64,000 nt of DNA from Eledone cirrhosa. Taxonomy: Eukaryota. Under the pieces are notes generated by a model. That model had not been told where the DNA came from and did not search any database. It saw only the letters and a program-made list of their open reading frames with translations. The stretch lies in assembly GCA_964016885.1 (NCBI GenBank), contig OZ024759.1, positions 21,142,001 to 21,206,000 on the forward strand. Reading direction: 5' to 3'. Below are positions 41,561-57,205 of the stretch, piece by piece. Positions within the stretch are counted from its first letter, which is position 1. Each line of letters begins with the position of its first letter. The translations under genes were made by a program, and so were the position numbers.

Positions 41561-41767
41561 TCTTTCTCTCTCTCTCCATATATATATGAAGACAGCATAT
41601 ATATATGTGTAGGTATGTATATTCCCTCTGATAGTTTGTAAAATTTTTACATAGATTTATATGATATACATACCAACACACACATATATATCCTAGAAAC
41701 GATCGTAAAATGATGAATTTTTTAATATAAGGAGCTGTTTCTTTGTTTTAATTCATTGTTTTTATTA

Positions 41768-41824
<57 letters not shown>

Positions 41825-41826
<2 letters not shown>

Positions 41827-42268
41827 CAGAAGGGTTAATTAATTTGTTGGAAATCCAACAAATATAAATGTTTATAACTAATTCAGAACACTCGAAGTTT
41901 TCTGGAGTAAATATTCAATGATATTAAATAAATGGAAACTATATTTATAAAACCATATTTATTCTATTATATATATTTCATGGATACCAAAGACTTTGGT
42001 ACGCTTTCATCAGATAAAATACAAAGTGTGTTTTATAAATTTTGACATAGCCAAGGAACATACCTTATCAGTTGAATTTTCCTCGGATAGTTATTCTATC
42101 CAAGGAAAATTCAACTGATAAGGTATGTTCCTTGGCTATATCAAAATTTATAAAACACACTTTGGTACGCTTTCATCAGATAAATACAAAGTCTTTGGTA
42201 CCGTTGAAATATATATAATAGAATAAATATGGTTTTATAAACAGTTTCCATTTATTTAATATCATTGT
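41825..42268. mobile_element. Fold-back element with ~170-bp arms
   Basis: Arms ~41916-42090 and ~42095-42268 with an unpaired left extension; (TA)n flanks. Confidence 0.65.
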
Positions 42269-42728
42269 ATATACATATATATATATATATATATAAAGTA
42301 GTAATAATAAATAAAGATCAAACTCCAGAGAGGACTTTAGGGGAAAGCAGAATTATTTTTATTAAACTTTTAATCTAGGCTAATAATATATATATATGAT
42401 AAATACAGATTAAAAGTTTAAGCAAACAATTTCGGTTTTCACCCTATATGTATATAAACAGACTGTCCTCTTTTGTTTCTTTACTGAAGAAGGACTAACA
42501 TCCGATACACTGATGATATTTCGTTTTCCATTCAAACATGGACTTAATAACACTATGGGTAGTTGTACTCTGTGTTTGTTTCCACTGGTTTCCTTTGTTG
42601 ACTTTCGACTTGTGTGTGTGTGTAGACATTGTAAACACCATCGTAACATATACACATATATATATATATATATATATACACATTATGTATGTATGAATAA
42701 ATGTATGTTGTATAAACACCATCATAAC

Positions 42729-42764
<36 letters not shown>

Positions 42765-42954
42765 AAATAAATGTGTTTTATAAATAATTATATGCGTATA
42801 TATATATATATGTATAAATAATTTGCGTATGTATATATATATATATATATATAAATAATAATATGCGTATATATATATACACACACATATATATATATAA
42901 ATGAATATATGCGTGTATATATGTACATATATCAATTACATCAATTGTCAAGTA

Positions 42955-43185
42955 CTATACAGTCATATAAAAAGATCAACTCGTGGTGTGAGTAGGTTAT
43001 GCCTGGAAGGAAGGTTGTCTGGTAAGAGAAGCAGAGGTCGGCAGCCAAAACAGTGGCTTTATAATGTCAACTTATGGACTGGACTTGATCTTTGCTCTTT
43101 AAACTCTGCTGCTGGTGATCGAACTTTGTGGAGAGAAATACCTCATGTTGATGCGCAGTCTGTAACTAGCGGAGTTTAGCGTCAA
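42955..43185 (+). mobile_element. RTE-like LINE 3' fragment
   Basis: EGRLSGKRSRGRQPKQWL..V; further copies at 46283-46452 and 46675-46850. Confidence 0.75.
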
Positions 43186-43292
43186 AAAGGAAAAAAAGAT
43201 ATATATATATATATATGGACCTGTTATTTTTATCTAAAGACATTTTTCCCAACTCCAACTCGCCCGTCCCCTCTATCTTATTTCTCATTCTT

Positions 43293-43328
43293 TCTTCTGA
43301 TGAAGGACTAGCGTCCGAAACGTTGAAG
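43293..43328 (+). ncRNA. Minimal hammerhead motif of the Penelope type
   Basis: CTGATGA-A-GGAC tagc GTCC-GAAACGTT; palindromic AACGTT helix III; helix I imperfect. A decayed relative starts at 42484 (CTGAAGAAGGACTAACATCCGATAC). Confidence 0.75.
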
Positions 43329-43995
43329 CCCTCTTCCAGTTATTTCAAGCGTTAACCTAATATATTCCTTCCATATACTGCACCGTTTGTGTTGTTATTT
43401 CTGTTTACCTTATATATATATATATATATAAATCAGAATGGATGCAGTAAAAACCACTTAGACCATTACTTACCAGTGTACTCAATACTCGGGGTAGTAG
43501 AGTGGGTAATATGAAGGATTCGGAACCCCAACGGCTAAATCCGAACTAGATCTAGCTGTTAAAGCAGCAGGAGCTCAGCCGTCGGGGCCCCGAATCTTTC
43601 ATATATATATATAATTTAAAGTATTGTAAAATAATTATAACTTGAAGGCCAAACACGTCTTTATATATATTTATTTTATTTTATTTTATATTATATCGCA
43701 ATTGGTGGACAATAGCGTCATTGGTTACAGTTTTCCAACGGACCAATCACTGGTTCACTGCATTTCTGACGGCGAGCCTGACAAAGGGAGTGTCTGAAGG
43801 TCGGTGCAGAACAAATATCTCAAGGGACTTCGTTTTAAAGAGCACCTTTTTTTTTTCTTTCTTTTATAATATCTTTATTTTTAAATTTGTCTTCTTTTTT
43901 TGGGGAGGTTTTAATTTTTGCTTTCTCGCCGTTAATGTTTAAACGTGATTCACCATCGTAACATCAGCGAAAGATACGCACTTATATATATATAC

Positions 43996-44027
<32 letters not shown>

Positions 44028-44707
44028 GCCTACTTACAAATAGATATATGCATATATATGCTTGTGTTGGGCTTCCATACATATATAGGCATTTATATGC
44101 GTGTGTGTCGGACTTCAGTCGATTCCGAATTATGGAACACACTGCTCGTAAAATTAACGTTCATATGGTTGAGTATTCCACAGACACGTGCAACATAGTT
44201 CTCAGGGAGATTCAAGCGTGACACAAGTGTGTGACAAGGCTGGTTCTTGGAATTGCATTCTGGTCAGCTGAGTGGACTGGAGCAACGTGAAATAAAGTGT
44301 CTTGCGTGCCCGTTGGGTACCAAAATCAAGGGCCCACGACCGTGAGCCAAGTACCCTTATTACTGAGCTATACGCCTCTATACACACACAGAAATATATT
44401 ATATATATATATATATTATATATTATATATATATATTATATATATTATATATTATATATATATATTATATATATAATACATATATATATATATATAATAC
44501 ATATATTATATATATATATAATACATATATTATATATATATATATAATACATATATTATATATCAATATGTATGAGCAATAGACGTAGTGAAGAAGTCAT
44601 AACATGATGAAGAGAACGCCGAGACAGACGGACAGGCATACATAGACAAATAAACAGAAATTCCCGAAACACAATCTTTAAGTATAGTTTGACCAAGTAA
44701 CTATGTC

Positions 44708-44768
<61 letters not shown>

Positions 44769-45161
44769 TAGATGTGTGTATATATATGTGTGTGTGTGTA
44801 TATATAAACTGGCGTTCTCTCTTCTTGCCTGTGGAGAGATTGTCACGTGATACCAACAGCAAGATTCAGTCTTCTATATTATATAACTTTTATATCAAAC
44901 TCAACGAATGTGGTTGTTGTTGGTTGTTAGTTTTTTTGTTTTTCATTTTTGCCCGGAGGGGGCGGGGTACAAAGAGATATTAGCATTTTGTTGTTGTTAT
45001 TGTTTGTATATTTGTTTTGTGTTTATATAATGTCTTTAATTATATATATATATATATATGTGTGTCTTTTTTGTGTCTGTATTCTTGTCAACAACAAAAC
45101 GAGAGGCGCCATTTATATTAAGTCCGCCTCTAGAATTGTCGCTGTTGATATAGTTTAATTG

Positions 45162-45195
<34 letters not shown>

Positions 45196-45532
45196 GTAGT
45201 TGCTGCTGTAGTTCTGTAATTGTTCATTATACCCCATGTCGACCCTGATCAAGGGTAGACTTATGATGAAAGCCGTGACCTTCCCGTGTATTTAGGAGAG
45301 AAGGGAGAGTTTTTAGAGGGAGTGGGTTGTCAACGGCTTCATCGTTATCGTTTATATATGCTTCCCATTTTTTTTCAATTACAGTGTAGGGTGATTTAAA
45401 AGAAATTAGGCTCCTATTTCTAGCAGGTCACTTGTAGAGTTGATAAAACACACAGCAGACAGCAGCAGCTGCTGTTTCGAAGGTTCTGTAACCATTTGTA
45501 AAAAAATCCTTGCTCCTTCATTATTCCTTCAT

Positions 45533-45538
45533 TTTATT
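45533..45538 (-). promoter_or_regulatory. Candidate polyadenylation signal for Msx
   Basis: AATAAA on the minus strand about 120 nt after the stop codon; the AT-rich context makes this weak. Confidence 0.25.
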
Positions 45539-45654
45539 TCATTTTCTCTGAAATATATTTTTTTTCTATTTTCATTATTATTATTGTTGTTGTTATTTAT
45601 ATTATTCGTTTAATTGGGTCTATTTCGAGTCATTTTCGATGGAAACCATCGTTG

Positions 45655-46167
<513 letters not shown>

Positions 46168-46989
46168 TTAACTTAGAAGCAAGCGTAGCATCTGCTACGG
46201 ACCCTACATTTACAGGGACCATGCTCTAAGTACTTTATAATATAGGGCTATATTACTATCAAGTCAAGTCAAGAGTACTCAAACTATACGGTCATATAAA
46301 AAGATCAACTCGTGGTGTGAGTAGGTTAAGCCTGGAAGGAAGGTTGGTTGGTAAGAGAAGCAGAGGCCGGCAGCCAAAACGATGGCTTGATAATGTTAAC
46401 TTATGGACTGGACTTGATCTTTGCTCTTTAAACTCTGCTGTTGGTAATCGAAAGGTATTATATATTACTATAAGGAAGGTGAATTGGCAGTATCGATAGA
46501 GGGTCGACGCCATGCTCTCTAGCATAGTTACGTCCCTTTACAGTCTGAGTTCAAATCGCGCCGAGGTTAACTTTGCCTTTCATCCTTACGGGGTCGATAA
46601 AATAAAGTACCAGTAATGTACTGGATAATTGCTGGCCTTGTGCCTAAAGTAGAAACAATTATATATTACTATAAGGAAGGTTGGCTGGTAAGAGAAGCAG
46701 AGGCCGGCAGCCAAAACGATGGCTGGATAATGATAACCTATGGACTGGATTTGATCTTTGCTCTTTAAGCTCCGCTGTTGGTGATAGAACTTTGTGGAGA
46801 AAAATATCTCATGTTGATGCGCAGTCTGCAACTAGCAGAGTTTAGCTTCAAAGTAGTATATTACCTTTAATCTTTGTCGGCTATATTACCTTTAACTTTT
46901 GTCACATTAAAAATATAACATTAGGACCCCTTTGTAATTAATAGATGCTACATAAAATCCCCTTCACTAATCTAATCCGGCACTGGATG

Positions 46990-47915
46990 TATGTATGATA
47001 TTTTACATGAGTTAGGACATCCATATGATATCTCACATGAGGTATATGATGATATTTAATTATATTAAGAACATGATATATATGAGGATACAATATAAGT
47101 ATGACGATATCACACATCATGTATATGAGGATACAATGTAAGTATATTGATATTACACATGACATATAAGAGGATTTTATATAATTATGATGTTATCATA
47201 TATGCGATATAAAAGAATATGATATATATATAATGATATTTACACATTAGATGAGGACATGATACTATCATGATATCACACATTACATATGAGGACATGA
47301 TACTATCATGATATCACACATTACATATGAGGACATGATACTATCATGATATCACACATTACATATGAGGACATGTTATATGTATAATGATATTTATATA
47401 TTAAATATGAGGACATGATACATGTGTGATATCACACATTAAGTATGAGGCCATGATATATTTATAATGATTAGATTTGAGGTCGATATGTGTATGATAT
47501 CAAGCATTACATATAAAGTCATGTTATAAATTTTCTAATTTTGGCGCAAGGCCAGCAATTACCCCAGTGCATTACTGGTACTTTATTTTATCGACCCCGT
47601 AAGGATGAAAGGCAAAGTTAGCCTCGATGGGAGTTCAACTCAGAACGTAAAGGGCCCTAACTCTATGCTGCAAAGCATGGTGTCAGACGCTTATATGATG
47701 ATATCACAGATTAGATATGCGAACATGATATTTGTATAATATTACACATTAAATATAAGGACACGTTATAAAGATGATATGGCATATGAACAATTTATAG
47801 GTATGTATGTTACACGAAATATAATGTATGTTACACGAAATATAAAGAGCATGGTATAAATAGGATATCACACATATATGAAGACATGATATAAGTATGA
47901 TATTTACACATGATA
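46990..47915. repeat. Decayed ~38-bp minisatellite interrupted by a SINE
   Basis: ATGATATCACACATTACATATGAGGACATGATACTATC units. Confidence 0.85.
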
Positions 47916-47924
47916 ATATATATT

Positions 47925-48395
47925 TTTCATCGATCGACAAGCTCCTAGACTCCATTTGCTTACTGAGTGGGGCGGAACTCGCCAAATCGGACCAAGGAAA
48001 CAATGTTTCCATAACTGATACGATCTGCCGGTTGCAATTTCTGGCAGAAGGAGCAGCGTATCTCTTTATTAGAAAGACTCCATACGATCGTTTCAATGTT
48101 GCACACTATACAACCAGTGTATTTGTCGGAACACATCATCACTCTAATCATTCATACATCACGCATTAAGCTCTATTTGAATATTGGACCGCTTGTTCCA
48201 AAATGGTTGACCAACCACACACGTGTTTCCCTCTTGCCTATATTCATTACATTTATTGGTTGGGGACGTGCGTTTCGCTATTGATCAGCTCAAGGTTCGA
48301 TCTGATACAGATCGAACCATGAGCTGATCAATAGCGAAACGCGCGTCACCAACAAATAAACGTAATGAAGGAGTAACCAATCGTCCTTGTTTTAT
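47925..48395 (-). mobile_element. Fold-back element with half hammerhead and long unpaired extension
   Basis: Arms ~48243-48304 and ~48308-48369; GAAAC gcgc GTC at 48336-48347; AATAAA at 48355. Confidence 0.55.
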
Positions 48396-49104
48396 TATAT
48401 ATATATATAAAGAGGGTGTGGTAAGAAACAAACCAGGTGAACCATAACCCACCAGAGTACTCGATCGATACTTGGGGTAGTAGAGTGGGTAATATGGAAA
48501 AATTCAGGACCCCGACGGCTGAGCTCCGGCCGTTTCGACAGCTGGTTCCAATTTAGCTGTCGAAATGGCCGAAGATCAGCCGTCGGGGTCCTGAATGTTT
48601 TCATATATATACATACACACACACACTCACACACACAGGCAATTATATATGTGTGTATATATAATCATTGTATATTGCTCCCCAATCTTTTCTTTTACCT
48701 GTTCCAGCCGACGAGACAAGGCCATGCTGGGGCACCTCCATTGTCGCCACATTCAGTATAGCCATCCACCCTTGGTTGGGTATTGAGATACATGAGAGAG
48801 TTTGATTATATTTCGTTGAATTTATTTTGTAGTTAATCTGACCCTGTGGAGTGGTCTGGTCATAGATGGGACAAAGAGTCCAGTCAGCTGACTGTAGAAG
48901 ACCAACGTGTTTTCTTAGTCTCCTGTCCTGAATGACCTCAGAATCCATCATCCATCCAGCCGGCCAGTTGCCTGAACATGATGGTCATATCAGTACCCAG
49001 ATCCCGCGCTGACCCAGAGTAGCTTTTGTTACAGTGGACTTGTGATAGCGGAGGACTTGGAATTTTCTAGGATTTAAACTGGCTCATGTGGGTGTGTCTA
49101 CACG

Positions 49105-49178
<74 letters not shown>

Positions 49179-49587
49179 CAGATAAAATTCCGTATAACGA
49201 ATTTTTTTCAATCTCCTGCCACACGTTCGATGTGGCTCGGTCGATCTCGTTATAAAGAATTATTCGTTACAATGAATTTATTTTATACCCCGTGAATTTC
49301 GTTATGATGGAATTTCACTGTACATATATATATTGTAAATAGTATGCGCCCGACGGCTGAGCTCATGCCGTCTCGTTGAAACGGCGTGAGCTCAGCCGCC
49401 GAGTAAATACTATTTTTACAATATATACAGTGAAATTCCGTTATAACAAAATTCACGGGGTATAAAAAAATTCGTTGTAACGAAAAATTCTTTATAACGA
49501 GATCGACCTAACACAACGAGCGTGTGGCCGGGAATTGAAAAAAAAGCTAATTATACTGAAAAATTCGTCATAACGGAATTTACCTGT
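49179..49587. mobile_element. Two pogo/Tigger-like MITE copies in inverted orientation
   Basis: TA-CAG(T)...CGTTATAAC termini; 49179-49320 mirrors 49428-49587. Confidence 0.6.
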
Positions 49588-50629
49588 ATACACTCTACTT
49601 TTCCGTGTATCGAGTACTTAGCTGAACATGGAAAATTAAACCCTGATGACCCTTACTCTCCACCCCTACACAGCTCCCCCAACACTTACAGTGGGTCACG
49701 AGGTGTGTCCGTAGTGAAGGGGTCATCTAGTCACTATCTACCCTCTCCACAGTCCACCCCTCGCCCGCCATAATTTATTGAAAGCATATTTAAATGTCCT
49801 GATGTTATTTGGCTAGACAGGTAGATAGACAGGTAGATAGACAGGTAGATAGATAGATAGATAGATAGACAGGTAGATAGATAGATAGATAGATAGATAT
49901 ACATAGGTCTATGTGTGTCCTTGAGTGTGTGTGTGTGTATGCGTGGGTATGTATGTTATACTTAAATGTATATGAATGAGTATGCGTGCTTGTAGGTTCG
50001 TCTATGTAGAATAGGTGTGTGCTTAAGCGTGAGTGTGTGTGCGTATGTGTGCGAGGGTAAGTTCGTAAATGTATGTGGTGGTGGGTGTGGTGGTGGTGGT
50101 TATGGTGGTGATGGTGGTTATGGTGGTGATGGTGGTGGTGGTGGTGGTGCTGATGATGTGTGTTGGTGATGGAGAATATTGTGGTGTCTTTCAAACGATT
50201 GATGTTTGTCGGTTTCGAGACATGTTGACGTTCAGATCACCACCACCACCACCACTAGCACCACCCCACCAGCAGCACTATCACCACTCCAGCACCACAA
50301 CACACACCATTGCCATCAGCACAACCAATGAACATCAAATGACCACCATCCCATGCAATGACCAATCACCAAGACCCATTAACCAACAACAGATCCCCCT
50401 CTCTCTGCAGCCGCCTGTCTGCATACCCCACCACCTTCCTCCTCACCTACTTTACGCACTGTACTGAAACGTGGAACACACAGACACACACACACATATA
50501 TATATATGTATGTGTGAACCCGGGATAAACTTATATATATATATAAGTTTGAGATAAACTTATATATATATAAGTTTATCCTGGGTCAATCGGGGATGAC
50601 CACAGAAAATAAGGTACTCAATAGAAGCC

Positions 50630-50685
<56 letters not shown>

Positions 50686-50687
<2 letters not shown>

Positions 50688-50875
50688 CGAAGGAAATGTG
50701 GTAAGGAACCAGGTGGACCATAACGCACCAAAGTACTCAATACTTAGGGTAGTAGAGTGGGTAATAGGAACAAGTAGGACCCCGACGTTTCGACGGCTAA
50801 TTCTGGACTAAAATGTAGTCCAGAATTAGCCGTCGAAACGGCTTGAGCTCAGCCGTCGGGGTCCTACTTGTTCCA
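50686..50875 (-). mobile_element. Family A fold-back element
   Basis: Reverse-orientation near-identical relative of 15565-15768. Confidence 0.75.
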
Positions 50876-51048
50876 TATATATATACATATATAGATATAT
50901 ATATATATATATAAAGAGAGAGAGAGATAGAAATTTTAACTTTGATAACTTTCGGCCACTATTGGCCCAGGCCTTGTCTCACTTAAACTTAATAGCACCA
51001 TCTGGCTATATCTACATATATAAACCGTATAAGCTTAACCGAAGGGCA

Positions 51049-51102
<54 letters not shown>

Positions 51103-52051
51103 AGGTAGATGACTGGCTGTATGGAGGTGGTAATAGGGGTGGTGGGTGGTGTAAATGGGGTTGTAGATGGGGAGGGGGTCGGAGGTTGGGGTTAGTTAGC
51201 CAGTCGGCTCGGCTGCTGATGAAACGATACAAACGAACATGGCAGATGACGGCACAAGATTAAGCGGCTAGAGTCCATTTGGTGCGAGGGGTGAGATGGC
51301 GGGATATATATAAGGTGAATGTGGTGACTTTGGTGGTTGTCTGGGTGTGAAGTGAGGGTAGAGACAAGGTAGTGATGGTAGCGGGGCTGTGGTCAGTGGG
51401 ATGGCGACGACTTGTTGATGTTTAGCCATCGGGTCGACCCTTATTCAGTAGACAGGGTTCTTACTGTTTTGTATTTATTTTTTTTTTTTCACTGGTTTCA
51501 GTCCATTAGACTGCGGTCACGCTGGGGCACTGCCATAATTGCGACTTTGATCGATCGTATCTTAATAAGTCTGGTACTTATAATATCGAGATCTTACTCT
51601 AAATCTAAAGTGCGTCTCGGGATAAGCACCAGTCTGATGGGCCCAGAGGCATCCATGGCATCAAGGGTCTGAGTACAAGACTCCCCCCCCTTCCTGGATA
51701 GGATGCTAGTCCATCGGAGGGTTAACCCCTCATCTCACTATTGCTCTTGGTACTCATTTTCTGCTGGGTATACTGGAGCAACGTGAAATGAAGTGGCTTG
51801 CTCAAGAACACAACACACGACCCAGTCCAAGGGTCGAAACCACGACATTATAATCCTAAGTCCAACATGTTACACAGTAGGTTCGAACCCAAGACCTTAT
51901 TTATGACTGCCAAACAAATTCCTTAAACATTCGGCCATGTTGTGTTTCTCTCTCCCTTTCACTCTCCCACTCTCTTTCTCTACCTCTCACTCTCTTTCTC
52001 TACCTCTCACTCTCCCACTCTCTTTTTCATTCTCTCCCACTCACTTTCTCA

Positions 52052-52082
<31 letters not shown>

Positions 52083-52450
52083 CAGTCATGCCCACTAACG
52101 ATTCAATCCATGCCAAGCCCCCCTCCTCCTACTACAGTTACTACACCAATAAATCCCTTCCCTCTCACCCCCCCCCTAATCTTCTATCATCCTTATTCCA
52201 TTCAATATGTCGTCGACCCCATATATCGGAACTAGAAGCTCCCTCCCCCCCTGACTCAGACTCCTGGTGACAGAACATAGGAATGAAAGAATCATGTTCT
52301 CTACTGCACACATACTTTTGTGTACGTATGTGGATGTGCGGATGTGTGTGTGTGTGTATGTGTGTATATATATATGTGTGTGTGTGTGTGTATATATATA
52401 TGTGTGTGTGTGTGGGTGTATATATGTGTGTGTGTGTGTGTATATATATA

Positions 52451-52497
<47 letters not shown>

Positions 52498-52550
52498 GTG
52501 TGTATATATATATGTGTGTGTGTGTGTGTATATATATGTGTGTGTGTGTG

Positions 52551-52593
<43 letters not shown>

Positions 52594-52730
52594 GTGTGTG
52601 TGTGTGTGTGTATATATATGTGTGTGTGTGTGTATATATATGTGTGTGTGTGTGTATATGTATGTGTGTGTGTGTGTATATATGTATGTGTGTGTGTGTG
52701 TATATATGTGTGTGTGTGTATATATATATA

Positions 52731-52775
<45 letters not shown>

Positions 52776-52800
52776 ATATATATATATGTGTGTGTGTGTG

Positions 52801-52831
<31 letters not shown>

Positions 52832-53042
52832 ATATATATGTGTGTGTGTGTGTATATATATGTGTGTGTGTGTGTATATATATGTGTGTGTGTGTGTATA
52901 TATATATGTGTGTGTGTGTATATATGTGTGTGTGTATATGTGTGTGTATGTGTGTATATATATGTGTGTGTGTGTGTATATATGTGTGTGTGTGTGTGTA
53001 TATATGTGTGTGTGTGTGTGTATATATGTGTGTGTGTGTGTG

Positions 53043-53113
<71 letters not shown>

Positions 53114-53737
53114 GTGTGTGTGTCTTTTTCCTGGTTCAGCCAACCGGCTGAGGCCATGCTGGGGCACCGTTGTCGTAAACTCGGAACACAGTAATTTGCT
53201 GGCGATATTTCTGCGTTTGAGTTTTCATCCCACCAAGATCAATGTTCCTTTGATCCATCGGGGGTCGATAAAATAAGTCCCAGCCAACTACGTGTGTTGA
53301 TTTAGTCAACTTTGCCCTTGCCCTAAGAAACACTCACACACGTACCCAGACATATATATATATAAATATAATTGTTTCTACTTTTGGCACAAGGCCAGCA
53401 ATTACCCAGTGCATTACTGGTACTTTATTTTATCGACCCCGTAAGGATGAAAGGCAAAGTCAACCTCGGCGGGATTTGAACTCAGATCGTAAAGGGACGT
53501 AACTATGCTGGAAAGCATGGCGTCCGACCCTCTACCGATACTGATGATGGTTAGACTGATTGTTAAAGAGATATATGTGTGTATCTGGGTGTCTTTGTTT
53601 GCATAAATATATATATACATAATTATACAATGCTGTTTAACACTGATTGTTAAAGAAAAATATGTGTGTATCTGTATGTGCATATATATATAAATTGGTA
53701 TATATTTTATCTAATAATTCTAAGGACATGATTTATG

Positions 53738-53773
<36 letters not shown>

Positions 53774-53962
53774 ATATATTCAATTGAAGAAAGTTGGTTG
53801 ATTAAAAAATCTGCCGACATTCTCTTAAGAGATGTGAAGCACTCCACGGTTTTTTATTATAATTAACGAAAAAAAACTTCTTTCTTGTTTATTATATATA
53901 TATATATATACGTACATATACATAAATATATGTATACGTACATACACATAAATGTGTGTGTG

Positions 53963-54018
<56 letters not shown>

Positions 54019-54328
54019 AACATACATATTTTTTATATGCATTGATACATGCATATATTTACAAATATATGAATGTGTGTACATATATATACACGCATAC
54101 GTAGATATACTTACATAATATATACCCATATGCACTCCGATACAAATGTATATATAAATAGGACGAAACATTGTCGGCTAATAAAAACTTTTGATGTATT
54201 AAAGGATTCTTTGTTTTACTCTCTTAATTTTTTGGGTCTGTTTAACTGCATTGAGCTATACCTTTTACTGTCATTTCTATAATACGAAGAGGGTGTTTGA
54301 CTCAAACACGCTCCAGTATTCTAATCCT

Positions 54329-54365
<37 letters not shown>

Positions 54366-54470
54366 GGTGTTAGATGCTTAAAGCGACCGTATGCGGTAGG
54401 CCGTTTGGGCACTCGATGCTCTCATAGAGCAGAGTATGAAATCACAGGAAAATCTGCTTCGTGCAATCAA

Positions 54471-54540
54471 GACATATCTGAGGACCTTGCGTTTTCAGAG
54501 TCGGGTTCGATCATCCCCTGAGAAACGATTGTAATATGTC
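54471..54540 (+). ncRNA. Type I hammerhead motif
   Basis: GACATAT-CTGAGGA-...TCAG...CTGA-GAAAC gatt GT-A-ATATGTC; perfect 7-bp helix I; AATAAA at 54542. Confidence 0.75.
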
Positions 54541-54582
54541 CAATAAATTCCATTCGTCGCAACACTGATTCTCTTTTTTCTG

Positions 54583-54621
<39 letters not shown>

Positions 54622-54744
54622 GATTTAATGCTTTTATCGAGAATCTCAAATTGTAATACGTGACGTATTCTATTCTATAGCGATTAGGTCTTTAAAATGT
54701 TTATTATAAACATACAGAATATTTTCGAATATTCTATGTTTGTC

Positions 54745-54805
<61 letters not shown>

Positions 54806-55530
54806 CCACATGCATATATACATACATACATACATACATATATACATGTATATATGTACGCACACATACAAAGATATTAATATATATAATAGAACTAGGA
54901 TTTAGTTTCGGACATAGCTGTATACAGATATGTATTGGAATTTCGACACACACCACACACACACACACGAACACACATAAATACGAATATATGTTTATAC
55001 ACATATACACACAAATCAATACATTATACATATAAATATATTATGCATCTATATATATATATATATAAGTACCCCTGATGAAGGATAAATATGTTCTGCC
55101 GTGCCTGCGAGAAGGCGAACCTCGTCAAATGGTCTCCTTGTGTGTGTGTGTATTTTGTTTCGACACACTCACATATTTATATATATTGTGTATGTAGTTG
55201 TGTGTGTATATATATATATATATATATGTGCATATATTTTCATATTTATGTATATATTTCCGTTGCTTAAACCCTTTTTGTTGTTACTCTAGCGTCCCCC
55301 TTTATTTACGTGTCCCAACGACTTTTTTTAGCCGTTGTTCGCACCAACCTGAGGCATATGGCCCTTAAAGCGATGAAATGCCGAGGACGGTTGGAGGGTC
55401 ACTGATGAAGGACTCACCTTTTCATATATATATATATATTTATTTACATATCTATCTGTATATATATATATATATATATTTATTTACATATCTATCTGTA
55501 TATATATATATATCTTTATTTACATATCTA

Positions 55531-55583
<53 letters not shown>

Positions 55584-55827
55584 TTATTTATACATATATG
55601 TATATATACTCATATATATTTATATATATATGTGTGTGTGCGTATATATATATATATATATATTTATGTGTATATATTTATATATACATATGTATATATA
55701 TATATATATTCATATATGTATATATATGTGTGTTTATATATTCATATATATATAGTAATTTAATATCGGGTTAGATATATATACGTGTGTATGTGTGTGT
55801 TCACATATATGTGTGCGTGCGTTTGTT

Positions 55828-55858
<31 letters not shown>

Positions 55859-56025
55859 GGAGAGGGGGGAGATTTATATACATATATAAATATGTATTCA
55901 TATACTACGTACACATGTATATATTATATTAATATACATATATGTGTATACATTATATACATATATAGATATGTATTCGTATACTATATATATATATATA
56001 TCAATATACTATATATACGTAATAC

Positions 56026-56282
<257 letters not shown>

Positions 56283-56610
56283 AGAACAAAAGATGGTTAA
56301 AAGAGTTCCATGTATTTTATTATGCGCATTTCAACCATCTTTTGTTCTTATATATTATGTATACTCCAGTCCTACAAATTGTAGAGTGCTTCTTATCCGA
56401 TATCTGCATTGCTTTATTGTACTACAATAAAACTCACCTCCTACATATATATATATATATATCATATATATCAAGTAAGTATGTTTTGAAACAGTGAGCA
56501 GGTTTGAAATTAGAAAATAGAATAGCTTACACCGTATTTTTGACTAATGGAATTTTAGCCTGATAATGGAGTTTAGAACCCTCAGATAAATGGAAAAAGA
56601 TGAGTATTGA

Positions 56611-56655
<45 letters not shown>

Positions 56656-56656
56656 G

Positions 56657-56709
<53 letters not shown>

Positions 56710-56976
56710 TATTCTAAATGTTAATAAATGAAAAATATTTTCATAATCAAAATATATATTTTATTATACATATTTCAAAGGTACAATGGTGTTTTTAAGT
56801 ACGTTTTCATCAGACAAAATCTAAGATTTGATATGGGACATACCGCTACGGTTTTTTTATTATTCAATTCCAATATTGGCAGTGATTTATTTTACCAACT
56901 CTCAACTTTTTCATACCACAAATAATATGATAAACTTAAAGAAGAAAATACATGATAGCCAATGGTTGTTATATTC

Positions 56977-57017
<41 letters not shown>

Positions 57018-57018
<1 letters not shown>

Positions 57019-57205
57019 GTAGGTCCCGGGTTGAGTCGGGGATAACCACAGTAAGTAAGGTACTCAATACATGGCAGAGTAAAAAATGTTTATTTTATAG
57101 AAGGAGCTTCTACAGGACTAGTACTGTTTCATTCAGCTTCCTGAAGATTTCATCTGAATGAAACAGTACTAGTCCTGTAGAAGCTCCTTCTATAAAATAA
57201 AAATA
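57018..57205 (-). mobile_element. Fold-back element with half hammerhead
   Basis: ~47-bp perfect arms containing GAAAC agtacta GTC; the tail resembles 50578-50633. Confidence 0.65.

Noticed and set aside
47749-48096. Minus-strand ORF with FPW as a possible Msx exon 1 hexapeptide
   Set aside because: No eh1 motif or other Msx similarity; it adjoins a fold-back element and runs into a minisatellite.
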